A DNA stretch of 64,000 nucleotides from Octopus vulgaris (GCA_951406725.2 OX597823.1:106950001-107014000), one strand, 5' to 3'; positions 43,103 through 56,840 are shown, counted from the stretch's first letter. The notes: generated from the letters alone by a model not told the origin. Numbers and translations are program-made.

Positions 43103-45219
43103 CATCATCATCATCACCATCATCACCATCATCACCATCATCATCATCACCAGTATTATTACCATAATTGTCGCCGTCATTGTCATTATTCAGTTAAGAA
43201 GTTGCGGAGAACCTGCATCGCAATATTTATATGATTATCTTTAGGTTCTTAGGACCAATATTGACTTTATCTTCTTCCCCTTTAAATCAGGTAACGTATA
43301 TAAAACAAAATACCAGTAATGCAACAGGAACATATTTACTGAAAGATTATTTTGACAGCGACCTATGTATGTACGTCAAAGTTGGCAATTATTTTTATCA
43401 TTACTATGTTTTTATCATAAATATTATTCACACAAAACAAATAGTTTAGGAAAATACTTTAGCAATATTTAAAGTTAATAGCATTGAATCTTTGTCGAAT
43501 ATGCTTTATTAATTACAACTGGAATGATATTCTTTCTTAAATATCGCAATGTCTTTACTTAACTGGTTAACAGTTTATTTTGTTAGCTTTTCAGCTAACA
43601 TGGAGACATGATTATAGCCTTTTTGTATTTCTATCTGTTTCTCCATTCAGCCATTTTCGAGCCACCACAAGACGACGCTTATCTGTGCTGTTCGCAAGCC
43701 GACATGTCTAGACTGGCTAAGTCTACGTTGGAGAGAAAGCTTCTGCGGATAGGCGATTGTAAATGACCGTGGCATTTGCATATCAATTATAAAAAGATTT
43801 TTTATATCGAAAACTATTTATCAATTAGTTATTTACTAGGAAAGATGGAGATTCACACGAATGAGTATTGGTAAAAACGTTGGTGTACCTTGTAAAGCTG
43901 TGCTATGTAGACTATATAGATGAGGGGTTCTTCGAATTTTATGTCTGTTTTGTTTAGCAGCTCTTGATGCGAATTGTTTCTGAAAAACAGAAACACTTTC
44001 TGTGTTGGAAAATTTTATGTATCGAAAAAGAAATATTCATGTCATTTTCGAAAAACAATGTCTAGACGGTTTTCTATGATTTTCATCTCAACTTGTACAA
44101 ACATATCTCCAAGAATTGTCATTTGACTTCTTTGTAACGGCGTTTATTGTGTGCTGCAGTATTTTCATGTTGGTTGTATTTTGTTTGCATATTCCCTCAA
44201 ATAAAACTACCTACTTGCTCAAGGAATGTACGTAGCTTGAGCAAAACAAAAGTAACTATCATCTAGAAATTTGTACAGTTTTAAGAGACGACACTATGGC
44301 AGATCATTAGAGGATTCCCATATGTTATTCATTCCAGCTCGCATTGTTCTGAGTCAAATACTCACGAAGGATAACTTTGCTTTCATCATTACAGAGTCAA
44401 TGAATAAAATACAAGTCTACCCCTAGGGTCGATTTTTCTTTCACTATTTCTTATTAAAATGCCCAGCATTGTCATATTTTGTCACACAGATTCTGACTGA
44501 GAACTGCATTTAGAGTACACCTGTTTCAAATATTCAACGCTTTGCACATAAATTTCAGTCATAGAGAGGAGCATTCGGTTCATTGAACACCTAAATGCTT
44601 CTCTACAAGACTCACAGAAGATCCAGCACCACTCAAACATTTGAAACTATAATATATAAAACGGTGTGTCCTGCCTTTTAATTTCTACTCTTCATAAAAC
44701 AGTTTCTGTTCCTTCCACTTACAAACTCAAACCAGTCGCCCCATTTATCCACCAAAATCCATCAAACTTTGTAATAAATAAATTCACCATGTCTTTCCAT
44801 CACAGGTTTTATTGAAACCCTTGAAAATCATTTTCTAACTTTCTACATTCCCTCACAAATACTGACCGCCTGAATTTCATGCTCGATGCAAACATCTTCA
44901 TTTGTTTTTTGAAGATCTGCCAAGGTTATGGCCATTGTTGCTAATCCCTCAACAAAATAATTATTAAAAAGTAAAAAATGAAGAAAGAAAGAAAGAAAGA
45001 AATGGGGTTTGTTTCTTAGAATGACTTGAATGTCTCTCATATGTTATGTCCCGAATGTCGATTTCAGTGAACAATATGTGTGTGCAGTGATTATAAAAAC
45101 CATTATTTCAGCCTTTTGGTCATTATTGGGACAGACATTTGGCTTACTTTCAAATTTACCTCATTCCTTTCCATTCAAGCCAAATAAGGATTTGTTTCGT
45201 CTCCTCTCTTAAGGTTTAT

Positions 45220-45220
45220 G

Positions 45221-45296
<76 letters not shown>

Positions 45297-45430
45297 CAAC
45301 AACAACAGCATCAACAATAACAACAACAACAATAATGATAATAATGACAATAATAATAATAATAATAGTAATAATAATAGTAATAATAATAATAATAATA
45401 ATAATGATAATAAAAATAATAATAATAATA

Positions 45431-45465
<35 letters not shown>

Positions 45466-45488
45466 TATTATTATTATTGTCATTGTTA

Positions 45489-45535
<47 letters not shown>

Positions 45536-45615
45536 GTTATTATTATTATTGTCATTATTATCATTATTATTATTATTATTATTATTGTCATTATTATTAT
45601 TATTATTATTATTAC

Positions 45616-45646
<31 letters not shown>

Positions 45647-45657
45647 GTTATTATTAT
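45220..45657. repeat. (AAT)n switching to (ATT)n; quasi-palindromic microsatellite
   Basis: Strand switch near 45432. Confidence 0.92.
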
Positions 45658-45664
45658 CAGCAAT

Positions 45665-46130
45665 GAGACGGCAGTCTGCCAGCATCGTTACCATGCCGGA
45701 AAAATGTTTACCGGCATTTCTTCCGGCCTTACATTCTCAGCTGAAATTGCTCCGAGCTCAACCTTGCATTTCATTCTTTCAGGGTCGATAAAATAGATAA
45801 CAGTTAAGTACTAGGTTCGATGTAATTGACTATCCCCCCACTCCAAAGAAATTTCAGACCTTATACCTATTGTAGGAAGAATTATTATTATTATCGTTAT
45901 CAAGTTGGCGAGCAGGCAGAAACGATAGCACATCACACCGAACAAAATGCTAAGCAGTTTTTCGTCCGTCTTTACGTTCTGAGTTGAAATTCCTACGAGG
46001 TCAACGTTGCCTTTCATCTTTTTGGGGACGATGAATTAAGTACCAGTCAATATGAGCAACTGGGGTCAATATGAGCAACTCACCGCCCCCGAAAATTTCA
46101 GACCTTGTGCCTGTAATAGAAAGAATTATG
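45665..46130 (+). mobile_element. Two older tandem SINE family C copies
   Basis: Heads at ~45665 and ~45903; each ends in AATTTCAGACCTT..TAG(G)AAGAATTAT. Confidence 0.75.
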
Positions 46131-46155
46131 ATCACCGTTATTATTAACACTAGTA

Positions 46156-46531
46156 AGGTGGTGAGCTGGCAGAAAGGTTAGCACGCCGGGCGAAATGCTG
46201 AGAGGTATTTCGTCTGCCGTTACGTTCTGAGTTCAAATTCAGCCGTGGTCGACTTTGCCTTTCATCCTTTCGGGCTCGATTAAATAAGTACCAGTTACGC
46301 ACTGGGGTCGATGTAATCGACTTAATCCGTTTGTCTGTCCTTGTTTGTCCTTTCTGTGTTTAACCCCTTGTGGGTAATAAAGAAATAGGTTTTTCGTCTG
46401 TCTTCGTGTTCTGAGCACAAATTCCGCCTAGGTCTGCTTTACCTTTTATCCTTTCGGGGTACTGCGATCGATATCTAATCGACTGGCTCCCACCCCCAAA
46501 ATTTCAGGCCTTTGAGCCTATAATAGAAAGG
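46156..46531 (+). mobile_element. Dimeric SINE family C with 16-bp TSD
   Basis: ATTATTAACACTAGTA at 46140-46155 and 46532-46547. tRNA-like head AGCTGGCAGAAAGGTTAGC..GAGTTCAAATTC. Confidence 0.88.
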
Positions 46532-46697
46532 ATTATTAACACTAGTAGTAGTAGTAGTACAATGTGCACAAACACATGCGACGCATGCGTGTGCTCATGT
46601 CGGACAACTACCTTAAAATATTGTAAGAATAATAAAGCAGCACTTCGCGATGGAGGGACTCAATCTCGAAAGTAGATTCAACTTTATTAAATAATTA

Positions 46698-47225
46698 GTT
46701 TTGACTGCTGAGTTCATGCTTCACCTAATGCTTGGTTCAGTTGTAAAGCGAAACTTGATGACCCAGTCAAATCTTATACAAAGAAATATATATATATATA
46801 GAGATTTGACTGGGTCATCAAGTTTCGCTTTACAACTGAACCAAGCATTAGGTGAAACATGAACTCAGCAGTCAAAACGAAATTACGACCAACAGACGAC
46901 GACCAAGACTCACTATTGTTGCTTCCATTGAAACACAAGGTAACACAAAAGCGGTTCCTTTTGATACCAGCAAGAAATCTATAATGAACGTCTCCACTAC
47001 ACTCGACAAAACAGTAAGAAACGACTATGGATTTTTTCTATTATACTCTTTATAATATATTTGATAAGGTTCGTCTTTTCAAGAACATGGATTCTATTGA
47101 ATGTATGTAACGATTATGAACTGTTCCATTATACATTTTATAATAAATTTTTTTTGATAAGGTTCGTTTTTTCAAGAACCGAAACATGTAAAATTAAAAT
47201 TTATCTAATATAGTGGCGTTTTCAA
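46698..47225 (+). mobile_element. Penelope-type terminal fragment: 77-bp inverted repeat plus U3:A8 hammerhead
   Basis: Arms 46698-46774 and 46802-46878 (1 mismatch). Hammerhead motif at 47146-47195, with a partial duplicate at 47061-47088. Confidence 0.65.
47146..47195 (+). ncRNA. Minimal type I hammerhead, U3:A8 variant
   Basis: TTT-TTGATAA-GGTTC..GAACC-GAAA-CATG-TA-AAA. Palindromic ACATGT stem III; weak A/U stem I. Confidence 0.6.
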
Positions 47226-47236
47226 ACTTCTTTTTT

Positions 47237-47274
<38 letters not shown>

Positions 47275-47398
47275 GCACACTCACACACACCACACACGTA
47301 TATACGTATGCAGATATATCTGTGCGTGTGCGCATACGTGTTTGAGAACATGCGGATTTGTATGTATGAGGTGTGCCTATGTGTATTAATATTATATA

Positions 47399-47630
47399 TA
47401 TTTCTTTATTGCGCATAGGGGGCTAAACATAGAAAGGACAAACAAGGACAGACAAAGAGATTAAGTCGATTACATCGACCCCAGTGCGTAACTGGTACTT
47501 ATTTAATCGAGCCCGAAAGGATGAAAGACAAAGTCGACCTCGGCGGAGTTTGAACTCAGAACGTAATGGCAGACGAAATACTGCTAAGCATTTCGCCCGG
47601 CGTGCTAACGATTCTGCCAGCTCGCCGCCC
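47399..47630 (-). mobile_element. SINE family C with 21-bp TSD
   Basis: TATGTGTATTAATATTATATA at 47378-47398 and 47631-47651. Confidence 0.9.
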
Positions 47631-48389
47631 TATGTGTATTAATATTATATAATTAATATTCCTGTTATTATTTTGCTCCAGTTCTTTTCGCTACTATTGC
47701 AACATCAATAACAGTAATAACAATAACAACAACAGCAACAACAACAACTGCAACTCGTAGCAAGCTGATGATGAATAGAAACAAATAGCAGACGTTAGTC
47801 AATCAATATGTTGTAAGAGTCTAGTTTCATTGAGTTAAACATTTAAAATGTTTAGGGTAGGTTAGAGTGGGTGGGTGGGCAGGTGGTGGGTGATGACATG
47901 TCTGGGTTGTTACTTTATTACATACACAAAGATATAGGTTATATATTGCTTTGTTGCTGCACTAAGGAAGGTGGGGGGAAGCGCGTTCGTGTGGGGGTGG
48001 GTGAGAGAGAGAGATGGTATTAAGTTCTGGATTGGAGGCTAATGGTGAAGGTAATCAGAGAAGAGGGAAGGGTGGTGGCGCTGCTGCGAGAAAGAAAGGA
48101 AGGATGAGAGCTGATGATAATAGTGAGACAAGAATAAATTGTATGGCAACCGTGAGAGAGGGAGGACTGGTGTGGAAGAGATAGCAAAACGGGTTGCGAT
48201 TAATGGAGGCAATAGAGATATGTTTTCTCAGGGTTATATAAGTACTGATCTGTCTGTCTGTCACTGCCTGTCACTGTCTCTCTCTCTCTTTCTATTTCTC
48301 TCTATCTATCTATCAATTTATCTATCTATCTATTGATCGGTCTCTGTATGTGCTTGTATGTACGCTACTTGTTGAAGCCTTACCACATA

Positions 48390-48424
<35 letters not shown>

Positions 48425-48444
48425 TACACACACACATACATACA

Positions 48445-48520
<76 letters not shown>

Positions 48521-48625
48521 ACCTGTCAATAACGAACCTATAATGTCTACTGGAAACAGTTGTAAGTCGAATTTACTACTATAAAGAAATATGCAATGAC
48601 TTATGCTTTGTCTTATATATATATA

Positions 48626-49870
48626 CAGGGTGGGGAAGCAAAATTTACAATATTTTGAGGCAGGGATTGAAAGACAGTGTATGACCAATTTGTTTATTGA
48701 AAGTCATGAGAATTTATTTGCCACAAGAAAATTTACATAATAGAAAATATTTTTATTCTATGTGTCCTCCTTCTTTCTCAATAACTTCCTTCCCACGCTT
48801 CCTGAAACTTGCACAGGCGTTCCTCAAATATTCGAGAGACAACTTCTCCCATTCTTCTGTAATAGTATCTTTAAGAGAGTCGACATTACAGTGTGATGTT
48901 CTAGTGGTAGCATGTTCTAAAACGCCCCAAATAGCATAATCCAGAGAGTTTAGATCTGGGCTAGAAGGCGGCCATAAACATGATTCCAAAGAATTACTAA
49001 AGTTGGATTTGCAGAAATCTTGTATTTTTCTGGCTGTGTGGGCTGGAGCACCATCCTGTGTCCATACATAATTACCATCTGAGTAGTTTGCTTTAAGCCA
49101 TGGCAATACCTGGTATCTCAGAGTCTTGTAGTAAGTATTAACATTGATCTTTCCATCAGCTTTGCAGAATTTTATAGGCATTTTCTTTCCATCGGAGGCC
49201 ACAACACCAAAATCCATAACTTGAGCAGGATCTCTTGTTTTGAATGTCCCCTTAACCTCAGCTGTTGATTTTGCAATAAATCTGTCATTTCTGCTGTTCA
49301 GAAAGAGCATCGACAGTGAATAGCTTTTCATCTGAATTATTACTTGAACCAAGTAATAATTTTCTTGCATCTTTCCAATCTCTTTTCCTTCATAGCTGTT
49401 GTCAACAAGTGTTTTGGTGTTCTTGTGTAAGATTTTAACCTCAAATCATATTTTATAGCATTTCTAATGGTCTTGTTGTCTACCTCAAGTTCAATTGCCA
49501 TTTTTCTTATGGATTTGGTTGAATCCTTTAAGATTTTGGATTTGAGAGCTTAAAAGCTTTGGTACGTTTTTTGCTGATTCCTCCACTTCCAGACTTCCTC
49601 GTAATAGTTTTGCTCATAGTCATTCTATTCTTTACATTATAAATAGTCTTTATGGACACTCCAACTATTTTTGAAATCTCCTTTGGTGTGATGAGTGCAT
49701 TCAGCAAATCACACACTCTTTGACGTTTGCTTTCCTGATTACTCATATGGCAAAGTTTCTGAAAAGGTAAGGATAACAGTGTAAGGTATGATTATGACAT
49801 TAATATATGCTAGGTTTCAAAACAACTGACTTAGTGTCTGCTGAGAAAAAACAACTTATAACAGACTTTT
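48626..49870 (-). mobile_element. Tc1/mariner DD37D (maT-like) transposon, frameshifted transposase 48753-49746
   Basis: QDGAPAH...WPPSSPDLNSLDY has 37 residues between the last two Asp. N-terminal HTH in ORF 49528-49746. One TIR TA|CAGGGTGGGG; the other is not seen. Confidence 0.88.
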
Positions 49871-49933
49871 AAATCGTCAATTTCCACATATTATTTACTT
49901 GTTTCAGAAAAAAACACGAAGAACTGAAATCTT

Positions 49934-49977
<44 letters not shown>

Positions 49978-50084
49978 TACCCTCGTCAGAATCATTTCAC
50001 GTTATAACAAGACAGGACACTGAAAGAATGGTACAGGCTGGGAAGGAGAACGGAGAAAGGCAATAATTATAAGGTAAGTGAGAT

Positions 50085-50265
50085 CCCACCACCAGTGTTG
50101 GTTTGTTTACGATCGCATAACTTAGTGGTTCGGCATATGAGACCGACTGAATAAATACTAAGCTTTAAAAAGTCCTGGGGTCGATTTGTTCAACTAAAAT
50201 CCTTCAAGGTAATGCCCCAGTATGGCTGCAGTCGAATAACTGAAACAAGTAAAAGATAAAAGACA
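50085..50265 (+). mobile_element. SINE family A tail segment
   Basis: Reverse complement of 26625-26810; ends GAAACAAGTAAAAGA. Confidence 0.7.
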
Positions 50266-50321
50266 CACACACACACAATTATATATATGTGTGTATATAT
50301 TTAATATATATACGTATAAAA

Positions 50322-50487
50322 TCGCAGTTGTGGCTGTGTGGTAAAAAGCTTGCTTACCAACCACATAGTTCCGGGTTCAGTGTCACTGCCTGCCACCTTG
50401 GTCAAATGTCTTCTACTATAGCCTCGCGCCGACCAAAGTCTTGTGAGTGGATTTGGTAGAGGGAAACTGGAGGAAACCCGTCGTATA
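50322..50487 (+). mobile_element. tRNA-derived SINE, family A head
   Basis: Homology to 3550-3710. Confidence 0.82.
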
Positions 50488-50817
50488 CATGTGTGTGTGT
50501 GTGTGTGAAGGCGCGTGGCCTGGCGGTTATAGCATGAGGTTCACGAGCATACGGTACCCAACCCGGATGGCACATTTGTGCATTTAGCAGGTTCCCTCAG
50601 TAAACGCTACTTCAGGCTACTCAGCTAAAGATAGTGCTGCTGCTGATCCCGCTCTCCTCCAGCTATCACATTCCTGCTGTTCTACAAATTCAATCGTAAG
50701 AAATCGAAAGGGTATCTATATCTGCTCACGAGTACATATGCACCTAAAAATAAACTAACTAAAGCGTGATACATGCTACTAGGTCTTGCACGCTTGAGAA
50801 TCACAGCTAAGATATAT

Positions 50818-50850
<33 letters not shown>

Positions 50851-50854
50851 CACA

Positions 50855-52520
50855 CCAAGCTTTGATGTAGTAAGCCTTTACACTAATATCTCACATGATT
50901 TAGGAATAAAGGCGATCAAATACTGGTTAGATAAACAGAGAGAAGCAATTCCCAACGGATTCACAGTGATATTTATATTAGACTCAGTCAGACTTATTCT
51001 GGAAAACAACACTTTCCAAATTAAAGGCACGGCTATGGGAACGAAGTTTGCTCCCGTTTATGCGAACTTGGTGATGGGATACTTAGAACAAATTCTCTAC
51101 CAGGAAACAGAGGAAAGATACAGCACAGAATTTAGGAAGTATATTGTAAAAGTATGGATGAGATACCTCGACGATTGCTTCATAATCTGGGCAAAATATC
51201 AAAACACTGTGGAAGAATTCAACATCCTCCTGAACAACCTACACCCATCCATCCAATTTACAAAGGAGATAATTAGTACCAAATTACCATTCCTAGATAT
51301 AATGGAGATTAAAAAGAACACCGCCATTACCACAGATATATATTATAAACTCACAGATACACACCAATATCTGAATTTTAAATCGTGCCATCCACCGCAT
51401 ACAAAACGTAACACCCCATTCTGTTTAGCCAGCAGTATCTGTACCATTGTAGAGGATCTAAAGACCAGAAATCAGCGCCTGATGGACTGAAAGAACTTCT
51501 GCTCAAGTAAAAATACCCGTCACTACTTATAGAAAATGGTATTCAGCGGGCTTTGAAGATATCCATAGAACAACTGAGGACACCACAAAGAAGAGATAAC
51601 AAGAACAAATCATACCATTTATAGTGACACAGAATCCATGCCACCAGAACATCTTCAATATCGCTAAAGCAAACCTACCAATCATTGCACAAAGTAAGGA
51701 ATTGAGAAATATCATTACAGATCAAACTTTAACTCTCAGTAAGAGACAACCTAAAAGCTTGAAAAAAGTTATTAACAAAGGCAAGGTTTCACCTTAGCAA
51801 CAAAGATCAACCATTCACCGTGTCCTAAATGCAATGATAGCCGATGCGGTACATAGCAATTAATTCATACCGGCCCATATATGAACACAAAAACAGGGAA
51901 AATATTCACAAACGCGAACATGAACTGCAAAAACAGAAATTTAATCTACTGCATCAAATTCCCAAATTGTGAAGAACTGTACGTTGGCCAGACAGGTAAT
52001 GCACTATCAGAACGATCGCGTGTGCATCGACAACAAAATAAAAATCCAGAAGTCCGCCAAATACCACTGAGTAACCATCTGGCAACATGTGGTCGGAAAA
52101 TTTTTGTGATATTTCCATTTCATAAACTTTACAACCTGAATGAAATTGAGAGAAAACTGAGAGAAAAGGACTTTATTAAGAAATTCAAACCTAAGCTTAA
52201 CAAACAATGATTAAATTAATCTTATTTGGGGTTTAAAAATCTTATCCCTATAACTAAAACACAAAAAAATCTCTAAAAAGTACTGCTGTCATCATCTCTA
52301 AAAATAGCTAAACAACTACTACTGCTGTCCACAGGAACGTATATAAAGGACAAAAGACAGCCAGTCAACTACAGTTGAAACACTCCTGTCACAACCTGGG
52401 ACCTTGAAGACTGCTTAAATGCAAGAAAGTATACTAGTCCCTTAATATTTTATATTCAATATTTCATCAATTCAATAAGACAATCATACTTCATTTCATT
52501 TTATTATATATACTATACTC
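50855..52520 (+). mobile_element. 5'-truncated Penelope-like element (RT + GIY-YIG endonuclease, disrupted)
   Basis: SFDVVSLYTNI, KGTAMG, RYLDD, PFLD, TDIYYK..TDTHQYL..SCHP. GIY-YIG NLIYCI..C..LYVGQTG..R..H. Stop at 52210; several stops/frameshifts. Confidence 0.93.
52398..52441 (+). ncRNA. Degenerate minimal hammerhead in the Penelope 3' pLTR
   Basis: GGGAC-CTTGAAGA-CTGC TTAAAT GCAA-GAAA-GTATAC-TA-GTCCC. 5-bp stem I; palindromic AGTATACT. Confidence 0.6.
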
Positions 52521-52584
52521 TACATTAATATTAAAAGAATATATATAAAATATAAAAATTCTTGGAATTCCTTTGAATAATATA

Positions 52585-52930
<346 letters not shown>

Positions 52931-52931
52931 A

Positions 52932-53005
<74 letters not shown>

Positions 53006-53009
<4 letters not shown>

Positions 53010-54299
53010 GTTGACAACTAAGTTCCCGCCGTTTTTTTAAATTTGGGGATTTATTGCGTTTTTAAATTTTGGAATCTATTTTCTTTGAGAATTCTATCTT
53101 TGAATCCTTTTAGAATCTATTTTGTTTTTTTTGTTTTTTTTTCCTAGTTAATTTTAATTAATTTTTGTTTATTTTCAGATCATTAAAATGGAATGTCAAG
53201 TTAAGAACAACGAGCATTTTCGACATCTTTTTGCTTTGAATCAAGGTTCTAAGGCCGCAAAAGCTGCTCGCGACATTTGTGCTGTGTGGAGAAGGTGCCA
53301 TAGCTGAAAGAACTGCTCATGATTGGTATGCTAAGTTAAAAAATGGAAATTTTGACCTCAAAATGCACCTCGTTCTGGCCGTCCAGTTGAATTTTATGAA
53401 GAGCGACTAAACCAACTTCTGCACGGAAATTCTCACCAAACAAGGGAACTGGCAGAGAAAAGGGAATACTCCCACACTGCTATAGAGAAGCATCTTCACT
53501 CGATGGGAAAGATTCGGAAATATGGAGCATGGGTTCCGCATGCTTTAAGTGACATCCACAAAAATCAACGACCCACAATCTCCGCTGGTTTGCTTGCTCT
53601 CGTCACTGCTCAACTCATGGACACAAGCAATGATTCCTTTACCGAATCATTATTGGCGACGAAAAATGGTGCCTGTACATCAGTGTGAAGCAGCGTAAGA
53701 AATAGCTTAGCCCCGATAAACAAGCGACACCGCGCGTGAAATAAGATCTTCGTCCGCGTAAAACGATTTTGTGCGTATGGTGGGACTGGGAAGGAATTAT
53801 CCATTACGAATTGCTTGAAGGGAACTAAACGAACAACGCGGAACTCTATGTTCAATTGATGGAACGACTCAACACGGCTATTCAAGAGAAAAGACCTAAT
53901 CGGCAGCATGGAGTTCTTCTGCTGCACGACAACGCCCGCCCTCATATTACCAATATGATCAAGCAAGCGATTCAAACGCATGGCTGGGAAGTGCTGCCAC
54001 ACTGGCCGCACTCTCCTTATTTGGCACCAACGGATTTTCACCTCTTTCGATCTCTTTCAAGTGCTATGTGCGGGGTTTAGTTCGATACTGATGCAGAATT
54101 GAGAGCTTGGTGGGATCAATTTTTTGAGTCGAAATCGGGTGATTTCTACCAATGAGGTATTGAAAATCTTGTTGAATGTTGGGAAGAAGTTGTAAACAAC
54201 AAGGGTGAATACGTTATTGATTGATTAGTTGTTATTTTTATAAACCTTAAAAAAAATTTAAATTTAAAAAAAACGGCGGCAACTTAGTTACCAACACAA
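53006..54299 (+). mobile_element. Full-length defective mariner (DD34D), 1294 bp
   Basis: TIRs TTGGGTTGACAACTAAGTTCCCGCCGTTTT / AAACGGCGGCAACTTAGTTACCAACACAA with TA TSD. WVPHAL, HDNARPH and HSPYLAPTDFHLF motifs. Pseudo-ORF 53188-54224. Confidence 0.95.
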
Positions 54300-54304
54300 T
54301 ATAA

Positions 54305-54519
54305 CCCTTTTGGTACCAACCTGGCTGAAACCGGCTCTGGCTCTGAGTACAAATGTATTGTTTTCATAAGTTTTGAATTAAAATCTTCCACCAAACCTTA
54401 GTCACAGTTTATGTTTCTAACACTAGCTTAATGATAACTAAGTTATTTTACTAAAGTATTTGTTATATTTAAAGTAACTGAAAGAAACACAGAGCATCTC
54501 AAAATAAATACAGTAACGA

Positions 54520-54524
<5 letters not shown>
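54305..54524. mobile_element. piggyBac-like MITE
   Basis: Termini CCCTTTTGGTAC / GTAACGAAAGGG preceded by (A)TAA, a TTAA-like site. Confidence 0.6.
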
Positions 54525-54578
<54 letters not shown>

Positions 54579-56747
54579 TTGTGTATGCATATATACATGT
54601 ATGTATGAATATACAGTATATACATATGTGTGTCTGAATATAGGTATGTATAAGTATGCATATAGGTCTAGACGTTTTCTCGAAAGTTGTAGATTCTAAC
54701 CAAACCAGACAGACTACAGACTGCTTGGTTTGACCTCTAACTAGTCTCAATATGCGTTCAAAATTTACTTCTTAATATATATTTCATCTATCACATAATA
54801 GTTTTACTGCAATACCACACTAATAGCACTATTAATTTGTTTGGCTATAAACATAGATATCACTTTTTTATGGTTTATAATAATTTTCAATTTAACGATC
54901 ATAACAATTATATCAATCATTGTATATAAAATATTTAAAAATAGTGAAAAATAAAATACTAAAAAAAAGCACCTGCGCAAAATTACATATGTAGATGGAA
55001 ATCTACAGAGTCGTGTAAATACGTGTAGGTTTGTGTGGGTAGGATGTTGTGAGTATGTTTTAGAGCGTGTGTTATTCATATATTTAGTCTCAACTTCCTG
55101 TATTCTGAAAGAAACTTCATAAAACCAGTATACATTGTATTGATTTATCAAAACACTCTTTTCAACTGAAGTTTTACTTTTTTATGACTTTATAACTATG
55201 GGACATATAATTTTTATGACCGTTAAATTACAAATTATTGTAGAACTTAAATAACGAAGTAAACATAGGTGTACAGTAATATGAAAGTTAATTATGATAT
55301 TTAATAGTAGTGAATTTTTATGAGATAACTATTGCAATCTAAAACAAGAATTAAATTTTATCCAATGTAAATATGATCCAGTAACGGCATGGTCAACTCT
55401 TGTGACGACGAGGCTTCCAAATATCTCAACTTCTTTGTTTGAAATTTATACAAATGTTTTCTGAATACAAGTCGACGTAGCACAGTGTAAACATGTAGAG
55501 TAAACATTGGGAGATATCACTATTTTTCTATATCCTGCTGTATTTCATATGGATGTTTGGGCGTATAAGTCGACTTAGCATTTTGTGCTGAAAATTCTGG
55601 TCTGAAAAATTCAACTTATATGTCGGAAAATATAATATATCTGACGTTGAATGACACTCCATTTATATACAGTATGTCTCTGTCCACTCACATATTGGAT
55701 GAAAGTGAACTAGTTGTTGTGACATATATGCCTTTCCAATGGATGTTAGCGCTCATAGAGAAAGAAATTGTCTTCAATAGAAAATCAGAAACGGTTTGAT
55801 GAATTTGGACTCGAGTCAATAGCAAAATAAATATCTTGAAGCAATACTTATTGATATAAAATATCTTCGCATATTCCCAGTGTTTAAAATTTAGACAAAC
55901 GATCGTTTCCACCACAAAATTTAATCGTCCCAAATGATCAGTTTGTATCATAGCTTTGAGAAAATCGAGTGAGATCCGACTCTTATTGAGTACTCATACC
56001 TCGATGACGATAGAAAAGCTCATCGTATTTATAGCCTTTGTCTATGCATAGACATAAAGTTTTTATTATGACAAAAGAAAACGGGAGCTTGTGACATTCA
56101 TACCTTTCTGAGTGCTATAAATAGCAAAAAAAGTCAAGTATAATGTTTTGAATAAAAAAAACAGAAACTGGGTCAAACATTCAGATCTCCTTGAATTTTT
56201 TTCTTCCCCTTTTCTCCGTCTTTCTTATGGTACAACAACAACAAAAGCAACAACAGTAACAAAATTAATGAGGAAAACAATACAGACGATTTCACACAAT
56301 AAAACTACTTCATATGAACAACTACTACAACCTGGTTAACAATAGAGATGAGGACAGCAATAATAAAATGAAGAATGTGGACAAACATCGCATTATCATC
56401 ACCATTTGAACCAGCATCATCATCGGCAGCAGCAGAAGCAGTATCATTATTACCATCATCATCATTAGTAACTGCAACAACAGTAAAAGTTACAAAACCA
56501 ACTTTGGCAGCACTATACCGTTACCACCTGCTCCACATGGCTCTGTGATTGGAGTGAGAGAGAGAGGGGGAGTGAGGGGTGGAGAAGAAACGGAGAAAGG
56601 GAGACCTCTGTCAACAGTGACATGTAGAGAATTCTAATCGTAAAATCCTGTCGGAATCGGTCAAGTGGAAAACTTGAATAATTTTATAGAATTTAGGAGA
56701 AGGGTGAGAATATTAGGGGATGAATGGATAAAGGACTGGAGTGGATA

Positions 56748-56840
56748 ATGAAGAAGAAGAAGAAGAAGAAGAAGAAGAAGAAGAAGAAGAAGAAGAAGAA
56801 GAAGAAGAAGAAGAAGAAGAAGAAGAAGAAGAAGAAGAAG

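Noticed and set aside
43560-44320. Coding-like minus-strand stretch, possibly a transposase relic
   Set aside because: No ORF or recognisable motif.
55460-55635. pogo/Tc2-like terminal motifs (TATAAGTCGAC, ACTTATATGTCGGAAAATA)
   Set aside because: Only one plausible end; boundaries cannot be defined.
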